Assembly (NCBI RefSeq): GCF_009914755.1
Contig: NC_060926.1
From: the human T2T-CHM13v2.0 reference genome, Homo sapiens
Strand: one strand, 5' to 3'
DNA length: 64,000 nucleotides
Under the pieces are notes generated by a model that ran no database searches, was not told the DNA's origin, and saw only the letters and a program-made list of their open reading frames with translations. Both the position numbers and the translations under genes were made by a program. Within the stretch, counting starts at the first letter, position 1; each line of letters starts with the position of its first letter. Shown piece after piece: positions 55,061-64,000 of this stretch.

Positions 55061-56353
55061 AGCCTCTGACCTGATTTAAATATGTAATCCTTCCCCCACC
55101 CCCACCAGGTAGTCTACTGAGCAGCATCAGAAAGGTATTAAAAAAATACAGAACAGAGATTTTCTAAGACAGATGGCACACAATGAGGTTAGAAAAAGTA
55201 TCTTGAGATCCAACCTGCAAGAACAAAAAAAAATTGCTTGCATTGTTGTTTTCATTATCTTGCTTCTGTCATTTCATGAGCTTTGTATCTTGCAAGGAAA
55301 GAAAGAAGAGAGAAAAACTGTGAAATTAATCTTTTGCGCATGGCCTGATAAAGAAGAGACATGCTCAGACAAAAGATAGACTGGGAGAAGGTACCGTGAT
55401 TGATGACTAAAGTAACGGTGTCAGAAGAGTATTATGTAAATTACTGGAGGCACACGCCATTTCAGAGAGAATGAGAGGGAGAGCGGGAAGGGGAAAAGAG
55501 GGAGAGGGAGAAGGCGAGAGAGAGTGAGGTACTGAGAGTGAAAAAAGGATTGCAGAGTCGATGTCACCAAAGAACTGGTCCCCAAACACCTATTTCTTGC
55601 CATCTTTCATCTCCTTCGACAAGCTTACCTCACATTCTCTCTGGGTTGCACTGTGCAGCAAAGGGGGTGGGGGTGGGGAAGAACTGTCAACATTAGCGTG
55701 ATTCCAGTCAAGGAAAGGTTTAGGGAAAGCAGTGTCTGAAGTGAAATCATCAAGGAGGGAAGTTTCGGTTAAAGAGAAAGAAAGAGCCTGCTGGGGACTG
55801 CATGTGTCTCTCTGTGAAGCACGTCACAGGACATGGGGCCAAACGTCTGGCCACTCTCATTCTTCATGCTAGAAATGGGCTCCACGAGGCCCTGTGTCTG
55901 TTCACTAAGTATCTGGGTCTAACTACATACTTGTGTCCCATGTATGGTGTGACCACTAAACAAAGGTGGGTGGAGAAGGACTCAAAAGGCCAGGGGCCAG
56001 GAGCCATGCTACAAAATTCTCTGCTCCTTTTTTTTTTTTTTTTTTTTGGCTACATTTACTTTCTAAGTAATGAAATGAAATGAAGACAAGTGTTGAAAAT
56101 TGCCTCCATTTTCCTGACCGGAAGACATGCAAAGTAACTGTAGGATTATATTCAATTATGGGAATGGGCTTTGCTGCAGTGATCCTTGCAGGCCAGCTGG
56201 TCTGCAGCTCTGGCAGGTGCGTATATGAGGCACACTGACAGTGTTCAAATATCTCATGCTTAGAAGCGCAGCACTGGAATCTATAGGTTCTAAAAAAATA
56301 AAAATAAACTCCTTCCAGATTCTTAGAAACTAAATCTGGAGACAACAAGATTG

Positions 56354-56405
56354 GTATCCAGCAAGAACTCACTAGACCAGTATTCAGCAAGAACTCACTG
56401 GACAG
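56354..56405. repeat. 26-bp tandem duplication
   Basis: gtatccagcaagaactcactagacca / gtattcagcaagaactcactggacag. Confidence 0.9.
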
Positions 56406-57704
56406 GTCCGTTTGTTTATAGCCAGTCCCCTGCTGACTGGAGCAACATCTGTCCCATTTGTCCGGCCTATGTGCTACTAGTGGCTACATATTTTAAATCA
56501 TAGCCCTTTGACAAGTCCAGAGAGATGAAGGCTAATGTGTAAGTAGAGATTTTCTCCACACCTGTCCTCCATCCTCAGCCTGGAAGAAGGGTGAAGGAAA
56601 TAAAACAAATCTCCATTCATTAAAAGCTTGGAAGGCCCCCAAGCACTATAAAGATTATGGAAAAACTATGACCCACCATGAAATTCACAGTGCAAATAAT
56701 TAATTTTAAAATTTGATGAAAAAAAGCTAAAGCAAATGTTCTTAAGCACAAGTCCTGATTTTTCCCATTTTGATTATATTGGACATTTTTGAAATAGCAA
56801 ATAATTGGGAGAGTGCAGAAGGTCTAGGAATAGGTGTAAAAAGGGGATTCATTTACAATCCAAAAGTTGTCTCACAAGACACTTCCTCTACTTCCAGCAG
56901 GGACACTAAAGCCTGATATAGTAGTCCTCACCCTCCTCCCTCACCCCCATCTTCCTCTGGTCCTATCTTCCTCTGACTTCATATGTTCTTACTGCCTGGC
57001 CAGTTAGCCACAATCACACACTGCTTCCTTTACATACTATTTGTCAGAAACTCTGCCAAGTGATGGATTCAGCCATTGAACAAGCCTGAACAAGACATAC
57101 TTTCTCTGCTTGAATTCGTATTGCTTTCAAGGAGACAACAGGCTCCTTGTGGCTATGTCTTATAGCTCATAGCATTCTCCTCAATGGTAAGGGCAGTATG
57201 TGCTGCTGTGGGATCAGTCTTTGCTGATTGACATTGAATTAGTCAAAATCAGGCTTAGCCAGAGACCCACCTGGGCATGAAGAGTGGGCTAAGTCAGGAA
57301 CCTTCCTCAGGAAGGCAAAGGACATGGAGAAAAGACATCTGCCTTCCATCAGTCCTGCTGGACATAATTTTGTTCTTATTTTAAGAATCCTTTGACCATA
57401 TGCAACAAATTCTTCTTCAAAGAAACTCAAGGGAGAAGTTTTAATTCAGAAGGAGCTCAGAGGGCTCAAGAGACGGAAGTATATTTGGGCCTCATAAGAT
57501 AATGGAACTGTGGCCTGAAGAAGGGGCAAACCCCATACACTTATTCTCTCCCTAGTTCTCTCTTACTCAAGTAACACAGGAGATGGTGACTGTGATGTAC
57601 ATCTGTTTATTCCCCAACTCTCTCGGAAAACCTGTTGCTTTTGCTGACCTTAGTGACAGCCCATCTTCAAGGCACCCTAATGTTGGTACCATTACTATAC
57701 CTCA

Positions 57705-57985
57705 TAATAATAATATTAGCAAGCACTTGAATAGGTACTAGCACTTTACTAAGTGCACAATATATATTAAGTCATTTAACACAATCACCTCACTTTAAAT
57801 TTTATCATTTATTTTATTATTTGTTTATATTATTTCTTGCTTTATGATTATTATTATCCCCACTTTACAACTGTGGATTGAGACAGAGAGGTGACATGCC
57901 CATGGCCACACTCAGGGAGATGGGGAGCCAGCATGTGAGTCCTGGCTGGTTAGCCCCAGGGGCTGTGCTCTCAGCAACTAAATTA
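57705..57985 (-). mobile_element. MIR SINE
   Basis: aataataatattagcaagcacttgaatag...attatccccactttacaactgtggattgagacagagagg...ccatggccacac. Confidence 0.72.
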
Positions 57986-58370
57986 GACTGACCAGAACCC
58001 ACCAGTTTCCATGCCCTTGCAGATCCAGCTAAGGAGAAACCACTGTGTCCCAATTCCAAATTTCAGAGAGGAAATAAACAGGCCAGCTTGAGGTCAGGGT
58101 TCCATCCCTAATTCCATTAGCCACGGTCTGGGCGGCAGGTCTAATAGTATGCAGTGCTGCAGCCTCCCCAGAAGTGAGCATGACAAAGAGGACCTTCTTA
58201 GAGGCAATAATCATGAATGCAAACATCTCGAATTTGAAACAAATCTTTCCAAAATGATTCCACCAATATAACAAAAGGTCTCAATGAGGAGAGTTTGGGT
58301 TGCCACAGTACTAGGGGAAACTCAAGGCAGAGCAATAACTGTACATATGTTTCTTGTGGGAAAAATCACA

Positions 58371-58409
58371 TTTTGAAACTGGTGTGGGAAATTCACACCA
58401 GTTTCAAAA
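58371..58409. repeat. Perfect 16-bp inverted repeat with 7-nt spacer
   Basis: ttttgaaactggtgtg-ggaaatt-cacaccagtttcaaaa; the arms are exact reverse complements. Confidence 0.95.
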
Positions 58410-58971
58410 GGCCATCTGAAATCTGCACTTCAGGCCAACAGTAAAAAAGAGTGAATGCTAGCAGTTTGTGAAAACAAGAGTGAATCAACAAAAAAAAGTT
58501 TTTGAGTGGGTAGGATTCATCTTACTCCTCATCCTGCACTCGCTGTCACTGGTAAGCATGTGGCACAACCCCAGGGTCATGCAGAGTCCTGGGGCAGCCT
58601 GTGGGTGGAGCAGCTCTGGAAGCCAGGAGGCCTTGGTTCTCCTTCTGACCACACTGCTACTGAGCCACCAGATTCCGAGCAAGCCCCTACACGTTCTGGC
58701 TCTGTGCCCAACTGTGGAGCTGGAGTGCTAGACAAGGGTTCATTCCCTCTCAGCTCTGAGACCCCACACTTAGGTCCCACAGTGACCAGTGGTTTCCAGT
58801 AGACACATTGACATTCTGACCCTGTCTTCCTTCTCTCTGACCAGTGGATGGTCTGGAGGAAACAAAGCAATGACTACAGACACAGTGGAAATAGCTTTCT
58901 ACGGAAGCTATAAAAAGTTGGAAGAGACAGATCTATTTCTTCTCACCGAGTGTTTTCAGACATATTGGAAT

Positions 58972-59013
58972 GGAGAGCAGGTTCCGGAGAGCAGGTTCCC
59001 GAGAGCAGGTCTC
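58972..59013. repeat. 14-bp tandem repeat, 3 copies
   Basis: ggagagcaggttcc ggagagcaggttcc cgagagcaggtctc. Confidence 0.92.
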
Positions 59014-59464
59014 ACTTGGAGGCCCTACCACAATCCCTGCCACTTTGTTTTCAAACAGCCCTTTGTAGCCTTAGCCCCCAAGTCTTCTGGAGAAAGCTTT
59101 TTCCTTTCATATGTCTGACCTTATGATTCATCTGGCTCCTGTTCTAAAACCAATTATTACGTATTGTCTTTTGAATTTCACCCCGACACCACTTTGTCCT
59201 GACTTAATTCTATGACTGGCTTTTATTCAAAACCTTCATTTTTTCAGGAAGGTGTAAGAGCTGCAAATGGCCTGCTTCTAGAAGCTGTGAGTTAAACAGC
59301 AGCTCTGGTGATCAAAACTAGAGAGCTAGCATTTCATATATGCTGTTAAACAAAATGTGTACTTGTTTTATGATGGGGCTGAAAGGAAGACCAAAAACAA
59401 GGACCTAAGCAATGAGAGATAGGGTTCATGACTTCAGAAGGAGTATTACCAAAGTTCCTCTAGG

Positions 59465-60150
59465 CCTCTCTATATTGTTCTCCTGCCCACACTATTGCCT
59501 CTTTCAGAACTTGCTCCCCATCTTGTATTCTTTCTGGGTTCACTCCCTGCACCCTGGACTTTAACCTCACTATACAATTATCCAACACATCTATTGAAGG
59601 TGATCTCTCATAAATGTCTCCCAAATCCACTCTCTCCTCTACACTCCCATCCAAATTGGTCTAGTTCAAATTTGCCTCCTCCCTCATCTATTCTATCATA
59701 AGCCATAGCTTCCAAATTGGACTCCTTTTTTCCAGTTCTCCCTACATCCAGTTCATTTTTCACAGTGCTTTCCTAAAACAAAGATCTGACCATACCACTT
59801 GCCAACTTCCAAACCCCCAGTCGTTCCCCAGGATGTGTAAAATAAATTCAAAGTTTTTGGAGAAGCATACTAGTCCCTCCACAATCTAACCCCAACCTAT
59901 TGCTTCAGCCTCTTCTTTTTTCCCAATACACCTTCTCAGACAGCAGATGGTAGGGCCACTCCAGGCTCTGACTCATCCAGAACATACTGTGCACTTTCCA
60001 GCCTGTGCCCTTCCCCGTGTTGTTTCCTCTACTAAGGATGCCATTTTCTTGGCCCCCAGCCCCATCAAAACCTGCCTACCTCATACCCAACCTTCAGGCT
60101 CAAACATGACCTCCTCTATGAAGCAACCTCCATTTTCTCTCCAAGCACAG
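59465..60150 (+). mobile_element. L2 LINE fragment
   Basis: caaagatctgaccataccactt...aaaataaattcaaagtt...ccctccacaatctaacccc...cttcaggctcaaacatgacctcctctatgaagc. Confidence 0.72.
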
Positions 60151-60179
60151 TTCCCAGGTCCCTCATGAGGTCCCCTGGT

Positions 60180-60250
60180 GCAGCACCTCCCAGTGCTGAT
60201 TTTCTATTCCAATTAAATCAGAATGCCTGGGAAGGAAACCTCGGGGAGTC

Positions 60251-60281
<31 letters not shown>

Positions 60282-60630
60282 CAGAGGCAGAGTGTTGCTC
60301 TATTGCCCAGGTTGGAGTGCAGTGGCGCAATCTCAGCTCACTGAAACCTCCACCTCCTGAGTTCAAGCAATTCTCCTACCTCAGCCTCTCAAGTAGCTGG
60401 GATTACAGGCATGCACCACCATGCTGGGCTAATTTTTGTAATTTTAGTAGAGACAAGGTTTCACCGTGTTGCCCAGGCTGGTCTCAAACTCCTGGCCTCA
60501 GGTGATCCACCCACTTCAGGCTCCCAAAGTGGTGGCATTCCAGGCATGAGCCACCGCACCTGGCCTGGATCAGCATTTCTTAAGGGCTCCCCAGTTCTTT
60601 TCATACGGTCCAAGTTTGAAAAGCCCTACC
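60180..60630. mobile_element. MER5-like hAT element split by an Alu
   Basis: aattaaatcagaatgcctggg before the Alu; gcatttcttaagggctccccag...aagtttgaaaagccct after it. Confidence 0.55.
60254..60565 (-). mobile_element. AluS (Sx/Sz-like), full length
   Basis: T28 tail, both arms present, ends gagccaccgcacctggcc; degenerate TSD around tcagc. Confidence 0.95.
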
Positions 60631-62763
60631 CAAGCATTTGGTTTATATGCTTTCTATTTTTCACATTTAATCAGTATTTATTTATTGAGCAAATACACCA
60701 CATCAAACAGTTGTGCTATATGTGGGGATACGGAAATAAATCAGGCCCAATATAAAAAGTAATAATAACATTCAATATGTATTATACATTTTATCATGTT
60801 TTATAACAAAATGATACCTCATATTTTAGCTATTTGTACATGTCTTTCTATTGCTGTTCCTTGACAATAACTGTTTCTCATTTATCTTTGCATCCTTTAG
60901 CACTTAACACAATGACTCATATTCAATAAACAGACGGTGATTTCATTAATTAATATATTTATTAATGTGTTAACTTTTGGATTAATGTGAAGGAATGATA
61001 TTTTAACTTCAAACTCATCTGGCCTGAAAGAAACAGGAAGTTGTCCTTGCATTGCTGACTCTGAAACTGGTCACACACCCTCATCTGAGAGACAAGGATG
61101 GGCCGAGACCTGACGCTGTCCTGTGCCCACTGCCTGGACAGAGGAGATCCTCCTGACCCCCGACCGAGCCTCCAGTGGGCCCTAGATGAGTTCACTGGCT
61201 TTTGACAAAGGCACAGACATATACTAACCTCTTTTTGCTCTTTAAGGCACTACAGTTTACCAAGTCAAATGATCTCCACCTTTTAAACACTCGTGCAGCA
61301 CCTCTCACCCCTACACCCCACCTCCACTTCTAAAGGAAAGGCAAGGAGGAGGGCTTGTTTTTTGTTCTCAGGCCAGGAGAGGGAGGCTCAGAGCAGCTCG
61401 GTTTGGCGGAAGTTCAGGGTGTCTGCTGGCCCACTTCCTTGGCTGTGTGTGCTTGAGAGGGAAAAATGATAAGTACGGGGAGCCCTCCGGGAAATTTCAT
61501 CCACGCATTCACAGAGGCATTGGATAAATTAAATGTTTCACATGCTGCAACAACCAGGGTTTCAACTTTCAAAGAAAATCAACATCCCTCTGAAGAAGTT
61601 CACATGAGTGAGTCATTTCTTAATGTTAAAGTTTCCTGATTTAAGGGCATCCCCCTTTAAGAAATTTGAGGACCCACAAACATTTTCCCAATGGCAAGGT
61701 CACATATGACAACATGATTGTCACATTCTGGGCACCCAAGCTTCACTGAGGTGAGAAATTAATAGAAATTACAATTGTAAAGTATCTATATTTTACAACA
61801 TTTATCTTCTTTTCACTTTGTTGTAAATAAAGCTTTGAAAAGGAAACATTATTTTCATTGTGTTAGATTTGTCCCCATCTTTTTCTTTCACATCACTGAA
61901 ACTCCCAACTCAAGGATGAAATAAAGAAAATCAACCTCAAAGCTGAACCTATCGATTCTACCTTCCTTTCGATTCTCCCCTTAAAATGCTTCAGATGAAT
62001 AATATTTCACTTCTCAGAAAAGAGAAAATTGATATCTTCGGCAAGCCATAATGCAAATGAGCATTAAAAGTAACAGAGAAGCCACCTCTTTTAATGATTA
62101 GTTTTAGTCAGGGAGGGGATCTGCACTCAGTAAAATCTTGACACAGATAAAGTTTTACATTTTTGGCCACTTCCTACTATCATGCCACCAAGAATGTTCT
62201 GAGCCACAGCCTTAGGAAACAAGAGACCCCCCTACGGCCTGCCCAGGCCCACAGCTGAATGCCTCCTAGAGATTCGGTGGGTGTCTCCCACCGAGACACC
62301 CATCTCTCCCCTCCTCACCACCAAAATGTTTGTGTGTCTTCAGTCCCCCAGGGCCAGCCCCTTCACTGATAAATTCATCCCATCAATGTATCTGTGATTT
62401 AATGTAAGAGATTAGCATTTTAACAAGGGCCTTCTGGAAATGCCTTTATCCAAAAAAGAACTATAATGTGACAAGATGTCAAGCCATTGGGAAGACTCTG
62501 GGGTGGGGTGGGGGGACACACTCTCCTGGTGTATCCTACACATCACACGCCAGAAAGCCAGCCGCCTACTTCATATCCCCACAGTGCTGGCCCTGTTTGA
62601 AAGATTGAAAGTCTTTTTACACAGACTCTCTCAAAGGAAGTTGTCACTTTGGGCTGTGCAAACCAAAACTCTTCCAAAATCAGGTGCTTGGGGAAAAAAA
62701 ATTGAAGTACTTTTAATAATTTAAATGGCTCTTCTCTGCACATGCCCAGAACCCGAATCCCTT

Positions 62764-62983
62764 TTCCAACTGAAGTGCTTATATAAAAATTTGACAGCTC
62801 TTATAATTTTAAATTGCTCTACACTGAGTATGCCTGGAACCTTGATCACTTCCAAATTCAAGGGCTTATAAAAATTTGAAGCACTCCAATAATTTTAAAT
62901 TGCAATGCACAGTGTAGAGTGATTTAAAATTATTGGACTGCTTCAATTTTTTTAAAAGGTCTTCAATTTGGAAATGAGTCAAG
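62764..62983. repeat. Unclassified element: three ~63-bp units (direct, direct, inverted) forming a ~140-bp hairpin
   Basis: Unit 1 at 62764-62826, unit 2 at 62850-62912, unit 3 inverted at 62910-62973. gaagcactccaataattttaaat pairs with atttaaaattattggactgcttc with one mismatch. Confidence 0.9.
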
Positions 62984-63066
62984 CAGCATTCTAATACAGT
63001 AGTTTAAGACATAGTATGCTAATCTAAAACTTAACACCTAAAATAATGAAAATTAAACCACATGAG

Positions 63067-63107
63067 CTCTCTCTAGCTCTCTCTCTCTCTCTCCCTCTCT
63101 CCCTCTC
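63067..63107. repeat. Imperfect (CT)n microsatellite
   Basis: ctctctctagctctctctctctctctccctctctccctctct. Confidence 0.9.
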
Positions 63108-64000
63108 TAATAGGGAAAGGGTGGTGCTCAGAACACACCTGAAAAGTTGGAACATGCCTGGGGAAGAGTATAAAAAGCTTAAGCCACAGAGGAGGAAAAG
63201 TGGGAGGCAAAGTAAACACAGGACGACGGGGCAGAAATGACAGGCACACCTCAGAGACTTTGCCCAGGGCTCGGGGGATTCTAGCCAGAGAACATGAAAA
63301 ATAACAGGAAATTGGAAAAGCCAGACCTGAGCAAAGGAAAACTGGAATATGACTAGGTACATGGAATTCTGTAAACTCTTCAATATCTAGGGGTGCAATT
63401 TGGACAGTAACACTCTCTAAAAATCAAATTGCTCCTTTTGTTGTTGTTTGGTTGGTTGGTTGGTTGATGGAGCTTTCAAATAGAATTTGTACCTGTGCTG
63501 CCTCTGTGTTTTTGCTCATGATCAGCCAGCCTTTCCCGGGGCTGCCTAATAACCCAAACAGCCCCGGTCATAACGACTTAGAGGCAAAGAGTACATTTTT
63601 GTACGTCTTTCCCAGGGAGATCTACACCTCTTTTTAGCTCGGAATAGCTACCTAGGTAGACTGTCTTTGTTTCCAAAATGTCAGTGTCCTTTTCTTCTAA
63701 GTTTTCTTTCTTCTTGCCTACTTTCTAATTTTCTTTCTGTCTTTCCTTCCCCTGCATCACTACCTCTGTCTTCAGCTACTGAAACCTTCACAGATTTAAA
63801 GATCAGAGTGACTTTCACTCAACGGTCTTTCCTGTCTAACCCACAGGGGGGAAGCCCCAGGTCACAAAAGACAATCACCACAACAAGGTAGAAGGCCTGG
63901 AGCAGAGTCCCCTTGATAAACAGCACCTGTCTCAAAAGCTTCCTCACCATTTGCCACAGAGCAAACCTGTGCTTTTAAGCGGCCTCTAAATGTGCTTTAT

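Noticed and set aside
62489-62515. Potential G-quadruplex gggaagactctggggtggggtgggggg
   Set aside because: First loop is 8 nt; such motifs are common and no functional context is visible.
62764-62983. CRISPR-like or terminator reading of the repeated/hairpin units
   Set aside because: Eukaryotic context; only three diverged units, one inverted; no regular spacers or cas genes.

Overview
Human non-coding genomic DNA (intergenic or deep intronic). A near-consensus AluYb8, a human-specific subfamily, supports the species call. I found no protein-coding exon, RNA gene, CpG island or CRISPR array that I can support; apart from L1 ORF2 and THE1-internal remnants the ORF track looks like noise. The window is a mosaic of retroelements (a 5'-inverted young L1, five Alus, a full-length THE1 provirus, THE1 and MLT1 solo LTRs, many MIR/L2 fragments) and DNA-transposon fossils (Tigger3 with nested MER30B, MER20 x2, MER33, MER58A, MER94, MADE2 and others). 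Between them are several repeat-poor, homeodomain/POU-motif-rich blocks that look like conserved enhancers (about 4.9-5.5, 25.7-27.1, 50.0-50.3 and 54.5-55.1 kb). The most unusual unexplained structures are a triplicated ~63-bp unit forming a ~140-bp hairpin at 62764-62983 and a perfect 16-bp inverted repeat at 58371-58409. Repeat family names come from my recollection of consensus sequences, not a database search; boundaries of old repeats are approximate, and the chromosomal locus was not identified. I cannot support a claim of a new biological system.
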